Positions 40,324-51,660 of a DNA stretch of 64,000 nucleotides are shown piece by piece. Made by a program: the position numbers and the translations under genes. The notes under the pieces were generated by a model. That model was not told where the DNA came from and searched no databases. It saw only the letters and a list, made by a program, of their open reading frames with translations. Numbering within the stretch: the first letter of the stretch is position 1; each line of letters starts with the position of its first letter. The stretch covers positions 2,255,957-2,319,956 of the forward strand of contig OZ220482.1 of assembly GCA_965116145.1 (NCBI GenBank), written 5' to 3'. This stretch comes from Thermoanaerobaculia bacterium (GTDB lineage: Bacteria; Acidobacteriota; Thermoanaerobaculia; Multivoradales; Multivoraceae).

Positions 40324-41336
40324 TGAATCGACACCCTGCGCAGCAGCCCCATGTCGGGCAGCACGCGGCCGGCGCCCAGAACGACCGAGGCCAGCGGATC
40401 CTCCGCGGCGAAGACCGGCAGCCCGGTCTCCTCGCGCAGGCGTTGATCGAGAGAGTTGAGCAATGCGCCGCCGCCCGAGAGGACGACTCCCTTGTCCATC
40501 ACATCGGCCGAGAGTTCCGGCGGCATCCGTTCAAGGGCCTGAAGCACGGACTCCACGATCATGGCGACCGGCTCCTCGAGTGCGCCCCGGATCTCGGCGT
40601 CCGAGATCCTGAGGCTGCGAGGCACACCGCGCACGAGATCCCGCCCCTTGATGTCCATGCTCAGGGCCTTCTCGAGCGGAAAGGCGGAGCCGATCTCGAG
40701 CTTGATGTTCTCCGCCGTGCGCTCGCCGACCAGCATGTTGTGCTTGCGCTTCAGGTACTGGGCGATCGCTTCGTCCATCGCGTTGCCGGCCACCCGCAGC
40801 GAGCGGCTGTAGACGGTCCCGGACAGCGAGATGACGGCGATATCGGTGGTGCCGCCGCCCATGTCCACGATCATGTTGCCCGTCGGCTCGGTGATCGGCA
40901 GACCGGCGCCGATGGCTGCCATCATCGCCTGCTCGACCAGGAAGACCTCGGAGGCGCCCGCGCTCAGGGCGGACTCCCTGACCGCGCGCTTCTCCACCGG
41001 CGTGATCTCGGAGGGCACGCCGATCACGATTCGCGGACGCACCAGACGGCGGCCGTGATGAGCCCGGCGGATGAAGTACTTCAGCATCTGCTCGGTCATT
41101 TCGAAGTCGGCGATCACGCCGTCCTTCATCGGGCGCACCAGTTCCAGGATTCCGGGCGTGCGCCCGAGCATCTCCTTGGCCTCCGCCCCGACCGCCTCGA
41201 TGCGGTTGCTCTGCCTGTTCACGACGACCACCGACGGCTCGCGCACGACGATGCCGTTCGCCCGGGTGAAGACGAGAGTGTTGGCCGTCCCCAGGTCGAT
41301 CGCGAGATCGCTGGAGAACCACTGCAGGAAACGCAT
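40320..41336 (-). CDS. mreB: Rod shape-determining protein MreB
   Basis: DLAIDLGTANT, RPMKDGVIADF, VDMGGGTTDIA, SGGGALL. Confidence 0.98.
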   Translation of the reverse strand: MRFLQWFSSDLAIDLGTANTLVFTRANGIVVREPSVVVVNRQSNRIEAVGAEAKEMLGRTPGILELVRPMKDGVIADFEMTEQMLKYFIRRAHHGRRLVRPRIVIGVPSEITPVEKRAVRESALSAGASEVFLVEQAMMAAIGAGLPITEPTGNMIVDMGGGTTDIAVISLSGTVYSRSLRVAGNAMDEAIAQYLKRKHNMLVGERTAENIKLEIGSAFPLEKALSMDIKGRDLVRGVPRSLRISDAEIRGALEEPVAMIVESVLQALERMPPELSADVMDKGVVLSGGGALLNSLDQRLREETGLPVFAAEDPLASVVLGAGRVLPDMGLLRRVSIH

Positions 41337-41611
41337 TCGGGATGAACCTCGGGCCAACAGCCAGCAGGGTTCACCTCATGAAGCGTAGAACGGCCTCGGA
41401 ACTCGCCGCATCTCCTGCGCCGGGAACGCAATGCTCCCCGAGACAGGCGCAAGGACACGCCCCGCCAAGCGGCGAGAAGATACCACAGAAAGGGCCGCGT
41501 CCTGCCGCCAAACGGCTGAGCCCAGGACAGTTCACGGTCGACCCGAGACGCCGCCGCGAGAGGAGCCCCCGAACCGGCGCCCGAGCGCCGGCTCCCGTCC
41601 CGTCCTGCTGG

Positions 41612-41769
41612 CAGTCCGTGGCTGAAGTGCGTGTCGCAACGAGAGCGGTCAGGCGCCCGTCCGGCAAGGCGCTACAGGTACGCATACTGGGCATATGTGA
41701 CCGAAGAGCAACGCAGCCGGACGGGATGCATGGCTGAAACGAATGCAGCGCTACTTCTGCCACGGACTG
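41612..41769 (+). mobile_element. MITE-like family A, full-length reference copy (158 bp)
   Basis: TIRs CAGTCCGTGGCTGAAGT / ACTTCTGCCACGGACTG flanked by CTGG / CTAG; internal perfect 10-bp inverted repeat CCCGTCCGGC / GCCGGACGGG; no transposase ORF. Confidence 0.85.
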
Positions 41770-41814
41770 CTAGCATGAAGTCTGTTTGCGCCCCGTGGGC
41801 GCCGGAACCGAATC

Positions 41815-43767
41815 ATGCTGAACGTCATCCGAAAGAACATCAAGAGCTTCTACCCGCTGGCGATCGGTCTCGCCGGAGTGTTCGTGCTTCTGGTCTTCAC
41901 CGACTTCCAGTCGCTCGAGGGGACGCGCATCAACCCGGACGCCGCGATCGTGGGCAACGACCGCATCTCGTTCGCCGAGTTCGAACGCAGCTACCGCGCC
42001 GCCGAGAGCAACTACCGCGAGATGTACGGAGACGCCTTCAACGCGGATCTCGTGGATCAGCTCCAACTGCCGGTCCAGGTGCTCGAGTCCCTGATCAGAG
42101 ACCGTCTCCTGCTCCTGGAGGCGGAACGGATGGGACTTGCCGCCAGCGACGCGGAGCTGCAGGAGGAGATTCTCTCCGTGCCTGGCCTGACCGACGGCGA
42201 CGGGAACTTCATCGGCGCCAGTCAGTACCAGCAGCTTCTGCGGATGAACCGCTTCACGGTGGACGAGTTCGAGTCCGACCTGTACCGCTCCCTTCTGCTC
42301 CGGAAGCTGCGGACCTCGCTCGAGGACGCCGCGCACGTCTCCGACGCCGAAGTCGAACAGCGGGCGCGCCAGGAGGCCGAACGCGCGGCGATCCGGTACT
42401 TCCAGGTGTCGGCAAGCCGCTTCGCCGACGAGGCCGAACCGTCCGACGAAGAGGCCCAGGCCTATTTCGAGGAGCACCCCGAGGAGTTCGAGCTTCCCGA
42501 GCGGCGACGGGTGGGCTATCTCCTGGTCGCCACGAACACGGTCCGGGGCGAGGTCGAGGTGACCGACGAGGAGGTCCAGGAGTACTACGACGCGAACGCG
42601 GAGCAGTACGAGATCCCCGAGCAGGTGTGGGCCAGCCACATCCTGCTGCTCGAATCCGGCGATCGGGACGCGGAGCAGGCGCGCGATCTGCTGAACCGGT
42701 TGCGAGGCCGCATCGAGGCAGGAGAGGACTTCGCCGAGCTTGCCCGCGAATACTCCGACGACGAAGCGACGAGCGAGGCCGGCGGCGACCTCGGCTTCTT
42801 CGGCCGCGGCGCCATGACGCAGGCCTTCGAAGAGGCCGCGTTCGCTGCCGCTGCCGGCGAGCTCGTGGGGCCGATCGAGAATCAGCTCGGCCCCCGCACC
42901 GGTCACCACCTGATCTTCGTTCACGAACGCCGCGAAAGCGGCCGCCAGAGCTTCGACGAGGTCAGCAACCTGATTCGGGTCCAGCTCGTCGCCACCCGCG
43001 CCGAAGAGGAGTCGAAGGCCCGAATCGAGGGCCTGCACGAGCGGCTGGCCGAAGAGGCCTTCGCCGGAGAGGACCAGGCCAGCGAACTGGCCGCCGCCGA
43101 AGGGCTCGTCTACGCCAGCACGGAGCCCTTCGGCGAAGACGACCCCGTCGCGGGTATCGGCCGCAACTTCAACTTCAGCTCCGCTGCATTCGGTCTGGAA
43201 ACCGGCGCCTGGTCGGAGCCCGTGCGCATCGCCTCGGGTTGGGCGCTCCTGTCGGTGCTCGAGGTGTTGCCGTCCCGCGACGCCGAGTTCGCGGAAGTCG
43301 AACAGGAAGTGCGCGACGTCGTCCGCGGCAAGAAGGAGAGCGAGCTCCTGACGGCGGCTCTCGCCGAGGTCCGGGAGCGGATCGAAGGCGGGCTGGGCAT
43401 GGACGACGCGGCCGACGAATTCGATGCGGCGATCGAGGAGAGCGGGAGCTTCGGCCTGCGTGAACCGATCGGCGTCCTGGGCGCTCTGCCCGAGCTGTCC
43501 CGCCAGGTGTTCGCCCTCTCCACCGGCCAGTTCGGCGGACCGGTAGCCACGCCGCTCGGCGCCGTGGTGTTCGAGGTGACCGAGCGGGAGTCCTTCGATC
43601 CGGAGCTGTTCGAGCCGGAAGCGACCCGGAACGAACTGCTGAACGAGCGGAACACGACGTTGCTCCAGTCCCTGCTGCAGCGCCTGCGCGAGGAGGTCGG
43701 CGTCCAGTACACGCAGGACTTCATCGACAACTTCGATCTGGGCGAGACCGAGGACGTAGAGACGTGA
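41815..43767 (+). CDS. ppiD: PpiD/SurA-N domain peptidyl-prolyl isomerase chaperone
   Basis: N-terminal membrane anchor, SurA-N region, ASHILL...FAELAREYSDD...GGDLGFF parvulin domain. Confidence 0.88.
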   Translation: MLNVIRKNIKSFYPLAIGLAGVFVLLVFTDFQSLEGTRINPDAAIVGNDRISFAEFERSYRAAESNYREMYGDAFNADLVDQLQLPVQVLESLIRDRLLLLEAERMGLAASDAELQEEILSVPGLTDGDGNFIGASQYQQLLRMNRFTVDEFESDLYRSLLLRKLRTSLEDAAHVSDAEVEQRARQEAERAAIRYFQVSASRFADEAEPSDEEAQAYFEEHPEEFELPERRRVGYLLVATNTVRGEVEVTDEEVQEYYDANAEQYEIPEQVWASHILLLESGDRDAEQARDLLNRLRGRIEAGEDFAELAREYSDDEATSEAGGDLGFFGRGAMTQAFEEAAFAAAAGELVGPIENQLGPRTGHHLIFVHERRESGRQSFDEVSNLIRVQLVATRAEEESKARIEGLHERLAEEAFAGEDQASELAAAEGLVYASTEPFGEDDPVAGIGRNFNFSSAAFGLETGAWSEPVRIASGWALLSVLEVLPSRDAEFAEVEQEVRDVVRGKKESELLTAALAEVRERIEGGLGMDDAADEFDAAIEESGSFGLREPIGVLGALPELSRQVFALSTGQFGGPVATPLGAVVFEVTERESFDPELFEPEATRNELLNERNTTLLQSLLQRLREEVGVQYTQDFIDNFDLGETEDVET

Positions 43768-43792
43768 CCGCGGCGCACCGCTTCCCGGCGGC

Positions 43793-44407
43793 TTGATCGG
43801 CTATCTCCGCGGGCGCCGTCTGGCGCTTGATCCCGAGCGCCTGGTGCTCGACACCAACGGCGTCGGCTATACGGTGCGAATCCCCCTGTCGACCTGGTTC
43901 GAGCTGGACAAGCTCGACGACGGTGCCGAGATCGGGCTGTTCGTCCACACCCACGTCCGGCCCGAAGCGATCGAGCTCTTCGGCTTCTGGACCGAGGCCG
44001 AACGGACCCTGTTCGAGCACTGCCTGGCCGTCAGCGGCGTCGGTCCGAGACTGGCCCAGGTCATCCTGTCGGGCGGTTCCACGACGGACCTTCTGAGCGC
44101 CATCGGCGGCGGCAACGTGGCGGCCCTGACCCGAATCCCCGGAATCGGCCGCAAGACCGCCGAACGGATGGTGCTGGAGCTCCGGGAGAAGGCGAAGACC
44201 CTGCTCACCGAGTCGGGCGTCGAACCGAAGGACGCCGAATCGCAGGTCGACAAGGACGAGCAGGAACAGGCGGCCAGCGCGCTCGTCAATCTGGGCTATC
44301 GAGCGCCCGAGGCGCAGCGAGCCGTGGCGCAGGTCCTCGAGGACAACGCCGAGGTGGACTTCAAGGAACTGGTGCGCCTGAGCCTGCGACGGCTCTCCCC
44401 TCTCTGA
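43793..44407 (+). CDS. ruvA: Holliday junction branch migration protein RuvA
   Basis: [43 protein letters not shown]. Confidence 0.96.
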   Translation: MIGYLRGRRLALDPERLVLDTNGVGYTVRIPLSTWFELDKLDDGAEIGLFVHTHVRPEAIELFGFWTEAERTLFEHCLAVSGVGPRLAQVILSGGSTTDLLSAIGGGNVAALTRIPGIGRKTAERMVLELREKAKTLLTESGVEPKDAESQVDKDEQEQAASALVNLGYRAPEAQRAVAQVLEDNAEVDFKELVRLSLRRLSPL

Positions 44408-44522
44408 CGCGGAATCCGGCCCCGGTCTTCCTGCCGCACGGCACCCTTGCGCCGAAGAGCCCGCTGCACCGCGTTGCACGGCTCAGACTCCCGGCAGCCC
44501 GCATCGCTGTAGCATCGCCGCC

Positions 44523-45554
44523 ATGGCCGGGGCGGGCGCCGACGAGATCGAACCGAACATCCTCTCGGCCGCCCAGGATCCCGACGACCAGCGGGTCGAG
44601 CCGTCGCTGCGGCCCCGGCGCCTCGCCGACTACCTGGGCCAGAAGAAGATCGTCGACCTGCTCGACATCTACATGCAGGCCGCGCGGCGCCGCGGCGAGG
44701 CGCTCGATCACGTGCTCCTGTTCGGTCCGCCGGGGCTGGGCAAGACGACCCTTGCCCACATCATCGCCCGCGAGATGGGATCCGCACTGCGCGCCACCTC
44801 GGGTCCGGTGCTCGAGCGCGCCGGCGACCTGGCCGCGATCCTGACCAACCTGGAACGGGGCGACATCCTGTTCATCGACGAGATCCACCGGCTCGGCCCG
44901 ACGGTCGAGGAGATCCTCTACCCGGCGCTGGAGGACTTCCAGCTCGATCTGGTCATCGGCCAGGGACCGATGGCCAGGTCCGTACGGATCGACCTGCCGC
45001 GGTTCACGCTGGTCGGGGCAACGACCCGCGCCGGCTTGATCACGCGGCCGCTCCAGGCCCGCTTCGGCATCGTCCACCGGCTCGACTTCTACCACCCGGA
45101 CGTGCTGAGCGTGATCGTCCAGCGTTCCGGCGAGATGCTCGAGGTGCCCGTGGACCAGGGCGGCGCCGGCGAGATCGCCCGGCGCAGCCGCGGCACGCCG
45201 CGGATTGCCAACCGGCTCCTGCGCCGGGTTCGGGACTTCGCCCAGATCGAAGGCGACGGCCGCGTCGACCGCGCCACCGCGGACCGGGCCCTGCAGCAGC
45301 TCGAGGTCGACGAGCACGGCCTCGACGACATCGACCGGCGGATCATGGACGTGCTGATCCGGCAGTACAGCGGCGGCCCTGCCGGCATCAAGGCCCTCGC
45401 CGCATCGGTCGGCGAGGACGAGGGAACGATAGAGGACATCTACGAGCCCTACCTGATCCAGGAGGGCTTCCTCCAGCGCACCCGCCGCGGCCGGGTCGCG
45501 ACCCGCAAGGCCTACCAGCACCTCCACCTGCCGGTGCACGACACGCTGTTCTGA
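44523..45554 (+). CDS. ruvB: Holliday junction helicase RuvB
   Basis: [37 protein letters not shown]. Confidence 0.98.
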   Translation: MAGAGADEIEPNILSAAQDPDDQRVEPSLRPRRLADYLGQKKIVDLLDIYMQAARRRGEALDHVLLFGPPGLGKTTLAHIIAREMGSALRATSGPVLERAGDLAAILTNLERGDILFIDEIHRLGPTVEEILYPALEDFQLDLVIGQGPMARSVRIDLPRFTLVGATTRAGLITRPLQARFGIVHRLDFYHPDVLSVIVQRSGEMLEVPVDQGGAGEIARRSRGTPRIANRLLRRVRDFAQIEGDGRVDRATADRALQQLEVDEHGLDDIDRRIMDVLIRQYSGGPAGIKALAASVGEDEGTIEDIYEPYLIQEGFLQRTRRGRVATRKAYQHLHLPVHDTLF

Positions 45555-45666
45555 CGACCTGCGCCTTCCGCCGGGACTGCCGCATGGCGTCGGGGTCCGC
45601 TCGCGTGTACGCTATTGCGCCCCTTGAGCCCCGGCTCCGACGACGTGGCTGCCAGCGCATCCGACC

Positions 45667-48210
45667 ATGAAGGTACTCAAGTTCGGCGGCTCCTCGGTAG
45701 CCGACGCCAACCGCCTGCGGGCGGTGGCGGGCATCGTCGAACGGCAGCTCGAAGGGCGGCCCGGGGAGGGTGTGGTGGTGGTCTCCGCCATCGGCGGCGT
45801 CACCGACCGTCTCCTGGCCCTGGCCGCGGACGCTGCGGCCGGGAAGGGCAGGGCCGAGGCGGCGCGCGAGACCGCTGCGCTTCGCGAACAGCACCGGAGG
45901 ATCGCGGCAGAGGTCGCCGTCGGGACCGACCGGGGCGCCCTGGACGCCGCCATCGAGGAACTGTGCGACGGGCTGGTCCGGGAACTCCGCGACTGCGCGC
46001 GGGCCGGAGTCACCGCGGAACGCCCCCGGGCCGCCTGGATCGACCGGATCGTATGCCACGGCGAGCTCCTGTCGACCCGGCTTCTGGCAGCGGCGCTCCG
46101 CGCCCGGGGACTGCCGGCCGAGGCCTGTGACGCGCGCCCCCTGGTGCGGACCGACCGGTCCTTCCAGACGGCAGCGGTCGCGCTCGAACCCACCTTGGAG
46201 GCGATTGCCGCCCACTTCGCCGGCCGGGGCCGGGACCGTCCGCTGCAGGTGGTCACGGGATTCCTCGGCAGCACCGCGGACGGCGAGACGACGACCCTGG
46301 GCCGGAGCGGATCGGATCTCACGGCCTCCCTGGTCGCTGCTGCCCTCGACGCCGAGAGGATCGAGATCTGGACCGACGTTCCGGGGGTCATGACGGCCGA
46401 TCCGAAGCGGGTGGAGGACGCGCTTCCGATCCCCAGGCTGAGCTACGAGGAGATGCTCGAACTGTCCCACTTCGGCGCCAGGGTGGTCTACCCGCCGACC
46501 GTCACCCCGGCCCGCCGCAAGGGGATTCCCCTGTTCGTCCGCAGCACCCTGGATCCCGAACACCCGGGGACGCTGGTCGGCTCGGCAAGGGGCGGACCAG
46601 GGGCCCATGGCACGGCGGTGACCGGCATCTCCTCGATCGACGATGTTCATGTGCTGTTGCTGGTCGGCGACAATCTGGTCGGGACTCCAGGAGTCGCCGC
46701 GCGCCTGTTCGAGGCCCTCGCGGCCAGCGGCGCCAGCGCGATCCTGATCTCCCAGGCCTCGAGCGAGCACTCGATCTGCCTTGCGGTCGAGCCCGCAGTC
46801 TCCGAGGCAGCCCGCCGGGCGGTCGACGACGAGTTCCGGTCCGAGATCGAGTCCGGATCGGTCCGGCCCCTGATCGTCGAACGCAACCAGTCGATCGTCG
46901 CAGTGGTCGGCGACGGGATGAGGGACCGCCCCGGCATCGCCGCCCGGGTGTTCGGCATTCTCGGCCGGCGGGCGATCAACGTGCGGGCGGTAGCGCAGGG
47001 ATCCTCGGAGCGGAACATCTCCATGGTCGTGGCAAGGGAGGACCAGGGACGGGCAGTGCGCTGGATCCACCGGGAGTTCTTTCACCGCGCCGCTTCCGGC
47101 AGGCTCGCGGTGTACGTCCTGGGCGTGGGGGGTGTCGGTTCGGCGCTGCTTCGTCAGCTCGCCGCCGAACGCAGGCCGCTCGAGCAGCGGGGGATCGACC
47201 TGCAGTTGCGGGGGCTGGCGAGCTCGCGCTTCATGGAACTCGCCGCCCGGCGCGGAGGGCAGCGCCTCGATCCCGGCGCCGCCGAGGATCCGGACGGCTG
47301 GCGGGCTGCCCTGGAACGGGGCGGCGAGACGGCACACCTGGACCGCCTGCTCGAGCATCTTGCCGAAACGGCGGCTGGCGGAGGCCGGACCGTGCTCGTC
47401 GACGTGACCGCGAGCGGCGCCATGGGCGGGGTCTACCACCGTGCGCTCGCTGCCGGCGCGGCAGTGGTCAGCGCGAACAAGCTCCCCTTCGCCGGACCGA
47501 TCTCCGCTTTCCGCGCCTTCGCTGCCGAGGGCAGCGCAGGTGTCTTTCACGAGGCCACCGTGGGCGCCGGTCTGCCGGTCCTCCACACCGTCGATCTGCT
47601 CCTTGGGACGGGCGATCCGATCGAATCCGTCTCGGGCGTCTTCTCCGGCACCCTGGCCTATCTCACCGGGGAGCTGGGGGCGGGGCGGGGATGGAGCGAC
47701 GCCGTGCGCCGGGCCCACCGCCTGGGCTACACGGAACCCGACCCGCGAGACGATCTCGGGGGCCTGGACGTGGCCCGCAAGCTCCTGATTCTGGCCCGCC
47801 TCTGCGGCGCCGACCTCGAGTTGAACGACATCGAGGTGACGCCCATGCTCGACCGGCCCGATCTCGCCGATCTGCCGCTCGAGGAGTACTGGCAGCGTCT
47901 GGACTCCGCCGACGAGGAGATGGCGGCTCGCTTCGCGGACGCCGAGTCGGCCGGGCTCGAGCTGGCCTATCTCGCCGAACTCGACGTCGACAGCGAGCCG
48001 GTCAGGGCGCGGGTGGGGCTCCAGGCAGTTCCGTCCGACCATCCGGTGGCCGGGATGCCGTCCTCGGACAACATGTTCGTCTTCCGCAGCAGGCGATACA
48101 ACGCCCGGCCGCTGATCGTGCAGGGACCCGGCGCCGGAGCGGAGCTGACCGCCGGCGGCGTGTTCGGCGACATCCTGAGAGCCTGGTCCGAGCGAGAGGC
48201 GACACCATGA
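45667..48210 (+). CDS. thrA: Bifunctional aspartokinase/homoserine dehydrogenase
   Basis: [15 protein letters not shown], two ACT domains, [31 protein letters not shown]. Confidence 0.95.
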   Translation: MKVLKFGGSSVADANRLRAVAGIVERQLEGRPGEGVVVVSAIGGVTDRLLALAADAAAGKGRAEAARETAALREQHRRIAAEVAVGTDRGALDAAIEELCDGLVRELRDCARAGVTAERPRAAWIDRIVCHGELLSTRLLAAALRARGLPAEACDARPLVRTDRSFQTAAVALEPTLEAIAAHFAGRGRDRPLQVVTGFLGSTADGETTTLGRSGSDLTASLVAAALDAERIEIWTDVPGVMTADPKRVEDALPIPRLSYEEMLELSHFGARVVYPPTVTPARRKGIPLFVRSTLDPEHPGTLVGSARGGPGAHGTAVTGISSIDDVHVLLLVGDNLVGTPGVAARLFEALAASGASAILISQASSEHSICLAVEPAVSEAARRAVDDEFRSEIESGSVRPLIVERNQSIVAVVGDGMRDRPGIAARVFGILGRRAINVRAVAQGSSERNISMVVAREDQGRAVRWIHREFFHRAASGRLAVYVLGVGGVGSALLRQLAAERRPLEQRGIDLQLRGLASSRFMELAARRGGQRLDPGAAEDPDGWRAALERGGETAHLDRLLEHLAETAAGGGRTVLVDVTASGAMGGVYHRALAAGAAVVSANKLPFAGPISAFRAFAAEGSAGVFHEATVGAGLPVLHTVDLLLGTGDPIESVSGVFSGTLAYLTGELGAGRGWSDAVRRAHRLGYTEPDPRDDLGGLDVARKLLILARLCGADLELNDIEVTPMLDRPDLADLPLEEYWQRLDSADEEMAARFADAESAGLELAYLAELDVDSEPVRARVGLQAVPSDHPVAGMPSSDNMFVFRSRRYNARPLIVQGPGAGAELTAGGVFGDILRAWSEREATP

Positions 48211-49286
48211 CGCAGCGCGACACCCCTCTGCGAGCCGCCGTGCTCGGGGCGACCGGGACCGTGGGACAGCGGTTCGTCACCCTGCTGGAGAAACACCCGT
48301 GGTTCAGGTTGAAGGCGCTGGCCGCGTCGCAGCGCTCGGCCGGAAAGGCGTACCGCGATGCGGTGACCTGGATTCAGACCCGGCCGATCGACGAGGCGGT
48401 GGCGACGATGCCGGTTCATACGATCGACGAACTGATGGACCGCGACATCGACATCGTCTTCTCGGCCCTGGACAGCGGTGTGGCTCAGGGCATCGAGCCG
48501 CAGTTCGCCCGCCGCTGCCTGGTCGTCACCAACGCCAGCGCCCATCGCATGGACGCAGATGTCCCGCTGCTGGTGCCGGAGGTGAACCCGGACCACCTCT
48601 CGCTGTTGCCGCCGCCGGAGGCCGGCGCCACGCTTCCCGCCGGCATCGTCGCCAACCCGAACTGCTCGACGATCGGCCTTGTGCTGGCGCTCAAACCCCT
48701 GGCCGACGCCTTCGGGATCGCACGGATCTCGGTGGTGACCCTGCAGGCGGTGTCCGGCGCGGGCCTTCCCGGCATCTCGAGCTATCGGATCCTCGACAAC
48801 GTGATTCCCTGGATCCCCAGCGAAGAGGAGAAACTCGAGATCGAGACCGGCAAGATCCTGGGCCGGGTCCAGGGGGGAACGATCGAGCCGGCGGCGATGG
48901 CGGTTTCGGCCCAGTGCAACCGCGTTCCCGTCGTCGACGGGCATACTCTCTGCATCTCGGTCGAACTCGAAGAGAAGCCGTCACTGGAGGAGGTTCGGGA
49001 GGCATGGCGAACGTTCCGGGCGGAACCCCAGGAACGCCGACTGCCGCTGGCGCCGACCCGGCCGACCCTGTATCTCGGCGACGATGAGCCACCGCAGGCG
49101 CGCGTTCATCGAGACCTGGGACAGGGCATGACGACGTCGATCGGGCGATTGCGCCACTGTCCGATTCTCGGCTACCGTTTCGTCGCGCTCACACACAACA
49201 CGCTGCGGGGCGCCGCCGGAGGCGCCGTTCTTGCCGCCGAGCTCGCCGCCGACCGCGGCGCACGGCCGAACCCGAACGCTACATGA
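48207..49286 (+). CDS. asd: Aspartate-semialdehyde dehydrogenase (archaeal/eukaryotic-like subtype)
   Basis: GATGTVGQRF, NPNCST, QAVSGAG, DNVIPWIPSEEEK, RVPVVDGH, HNTLRGAAG. Confidence 0.95.
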   Translation: MTQRDTPLRAAVLGATGTVGQRFVTLLEKHPWFRLKALAASQRSAGKAYRDAVTWIQTRPIDEAVATMPVHTIDELMDRDIDIVFSALDSGVAQGIEPQFARRCLVVTNASAHRMDADVPLLVPEVNPDHLSLLPPPEAGATLPAGIVANPNCSTIGLVLALKPLADAFGIARISVVTLQAVSGAGLPGISSYRILDNVIPWIPSEEEKLEIETGKILGRVQGGTIEPAAMAVSAQCNRVPVVDGHTLCISVELEEKPSLEEVREAWRTFRAEPQERRLPLAPTRPTLYLGDDEPPQARVHRDLGQGMTTSIGRLRHCPILGYRFVALTHNTLRGAAGGAVLAAELAADRGARPNPNAT

Positions 49287-50278
49287 CGGACTCGGCGACG
49301 GCGTTCGCCCCGGCATCGGTCTCGAACGTCGCCTGCGGGTTCGACATCCTGGGCTTCGCCCTGCAGGCAGGAAGCGCCCGCAGCCCGGGAGATGTCGTGA
49401 CCGCCCGCCGCCGCAAGCCGACCGCAGGCGCCGACCGGAACGAACCGGTTCGCGTCACGGCAATCACCGGTGACGAAGGCCGGCTGCCGCTCGCAGCCGA
49501 ACGCAACACGGCCGCCGTCGCCGCGAAGGCGCTGCTCGACGGGGAGGCGCCGGACATCGCGGTCGACCTGGAGATCGAGAAGCGCATGCCGCTCGAGAGC
49601 GGCCTCGGCTCCAGCGCCGCCAGCGCGGCGGCGGCGGTCGTCGCAGTCGACGCACTTCTGGGCCTGGAGCTGCCGGCGCCGGAGCTGCTCCGTCACGCCA
49701 TCGCCGGCGAGGTCCTGGCCAGCGGCAGCGCGCACGCGGACAACCTCGCCCCTTCCCTGTTCGGCGGGCTGGTCCTGGTCCGCTCGCTCGATCCCTGGCC
49801 GGACGTGATCGAACTGCCGGTGCCGGAAGGCCTGACCTGCGCACTCGTTCGCCCCCACGCGGAAGTCAACACCAGGGAGTCCCGGGCCCGGCTGGAGCGC
49901 CGCCTGCCGCTCGACCGGGCAGTGACGCAGTGGGGCAACGCCGCGGCGCTGGTCGCGGCGCTCTACCGCGGCGACCTGGAACTCCTCTCCCGGGCGCTGG
50001 TCGATGTCGTCGCCGAGCCGGTCCGCGCGCCGAACGTGCCGGGATTCCACGCCGCCAAGGAAGCCGCCGCCGAGGCCGGCGCGCTGGGCTGCAGCCTGTC
50101 GGGCAGCGGCCCCGCCCTGTTCGCCCTGTGCGAAGGTCCTGCATGCGCCGCGCAGGTGGCGGCGGCGATGGCGGCCGCCCTGCGAACCTCCGCCGGCATG
50201 GATTGCGACCGGTTCCTCTCGCCCCTGCCTGCGCCGGGAGCCCGCGTGCTGGACGGCGCGCAAACCGGGCGGACGTAG
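49283..50278 (+). CDS. thrB: Homoserine kinase
   Basis: PASVSNVACGFD, PLESGLGSSAAS, HADN, SGSGP. Confidence 0.95.
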   Translation: MTDSATAFAPASVSNVACGFDILGFALQAGSARSPGDVVTARRRKPTAGADRNEPVRVTAITGDEGRLPLAAERNTAAVAAKALLDGEAPDIAVDLEIEKRMPLESGLGSSAASAAAAVVAVDALLGLELPAPELLRHAIAGEVLASGSAHADNLAPSLFGGLVLVRSLDPWPDVIELPVPEGLTCALVRPHAEVNTRESRARLERRLPLDRAVTQWGNAAALVAALYRGDLELLSRALVDVVAEPVRAPNVPGFHAAKEAAAEAGALGCSLSGSGPALFALCEGPACAAQVAAAMAAALRTSAGMDCDRFLSPLPAPGARVLDGAQTGRT

Positions 50279-50284
50279 GGCGGA

Positions 50285-51613
50285 GTGCGCTTCGTCAGCA
50301 CCGTCGGCAGGACGCCGCCAGCCTCCCTTGCCCAGGCTCTGCTCGAAGGGCCGGCGCCGGACGGAGGCCTGTTCGTCCCCGAGCGCCTGGAGCCGCTTGG
50401 CGCCGAGGACCTGGCGCTCCTGCGGAGCCTGTCGCTGATCGGCATTTCCGCCCTCGTCGGCAGACGCTTCTACGGCTCGGACGTGCCCGAAGGAGACCTC
50501 GCCGCGCTGCTGGAGACCGCGCTCGACTTCCCGATCCCGCTGGTTTCGATCGAGCCGGGCGTTCACTGTCTCGAGCTCTTCCACGGGCCGACGCTTGCCT
50601 TCAAGGATGTTGCCGCGCGGGTGATGTCCCGGCTGATGTCCCGGTTCGCGATCGCTGCCGGAGAGGCAGACACCACCGTGGTCGTGGCGACCAGCGGCGA
50701 CACCGGCAGCGCCGTGGCCCACGCCTTCGGCGGCGTCAAGGGGTTCCGGGTCTGCGTGCTCTACCCCGACGGCCTGGTCACCGAAGCGCAGCGGCGGCTG
50801 TTCACGACCCTGGGGGGCAACGTCACCGCGGTCGCCGTGGACGGCGCCTTCGACGACTGCCAGGGTCTTGCCCGGGCCGCGTTCGCCGACGGTGAACTGC
50901 GGCGGAAGCGGCCTCTCGCGTCAGCCAATTCGATCAACGTCGGCCGCCTCCTGCCGCAGGTCTTCTACTACTTTCACGCTTGGGCGCAGCTCGGCCCGGC
51001 GCTGGCCGGCGGCGACGGCGGGCCGCTCGTGTTCTCGACTCCGAGCGGCAACTTCGGCAATCTGACCGCCGGCCTGATCGCCAGGCGCATCGGCCTGCCC
51101 GTTCACCGTTTCGTCGCGGCGACCAACGTCAACGATGTCGTGCCCGCCTACCTCCGGAGCGGCGAGCACCGGCCTCGGAAGTCGGTCGCGACGATCTCGA
51201 ACGCGATGGATGTCGGCAACCCGAGCAACTTCGCGCGCATCCTTCATCTCTACGCCGGCGGGGCCGAGCCGCTCGATCGACTGCGCCGCGACGTCGCCGG
51301 CCATGCCTTCGACGACGACGCAACCCGACACGCCATGCGCGATGTCCACAGCCGCACCGGCTATCTGATGGATCCCCACACCGCGGTCGGCTATCTGGGC
51401 CTCAAGGCGGAACTCGAAGCCCTGGGCGGCGGGATCGGCGTCGTCCTCGCCACCGCTCACCCGGCCAAGTTCTCGGAAACCGTGCGGAGAGCCGTCGGCA
51501 TCGACCCACCCGCAGCGCCGGCCCTTCAGCGCTGCGCCCGACTCCCCGAGCGGATTCTGCGGATCCCTGCGGACTACCGGGCCCTGCGCGACATCCTGCT
51601 CCAGGTCGGGTAG
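50285..51613 (+). CDS. thrC: Threonine synthase
   Basis: ELFHGPTLAFKD, ATSGDTG, SANSIN, PSGNFGN, ATAHPAKF. Confidence 0.96.
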   Translation: MRFVSTVGRTPPASLAQALLEGPAPDGGLFVPERLEPLGAEDLALLRSLSLIGISALVGRRFYGSDVPEGDLAALLETALDFPIPLVSIEPGVHCLELFHGPTLAFKDVAARVMSRLMSRFAIAAGEADTTVVVATSGDTGSAVAHAFGGVKGFRVCVLYPDGLVTEAQRRLFTTLGGNVTAVAVDGAFDDCQGLARAAFADGELRRKRPLASANSINVGRLLPQVFYYFHAWAQLGPALAGGDGGPLVFSTPSGNFGNLTAGLIARRIGLPVHRFVAATNVNDVVPAYLRSGEHRPRKSVATISNAMDVGNPSNFARILHLYAGGAEPLDRLRRDVAGHAFDDDATRHAMRDVHSRTGYLMDPHTAVGYLGLKAELEALGGGIGVVLATAHPAKFSETVRRAVGIDPPAAPALQRCARLPERILRIPADYRALRDILLQVG

Positions 51614-51660
51614 ACGGCCGGGCCGACGGCGCCGCAGGAGCTCGGGCAGACTGTCCGGGG

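Noticed and set aside
45555-45666. thr attenuator or riboswitch; TIR-like CTTCCGCCGGGACTGC
   Set aside because: No Thr/Ile leader peptide, U-tailed terminator or recognisable aptamer; the TIR match is too weak
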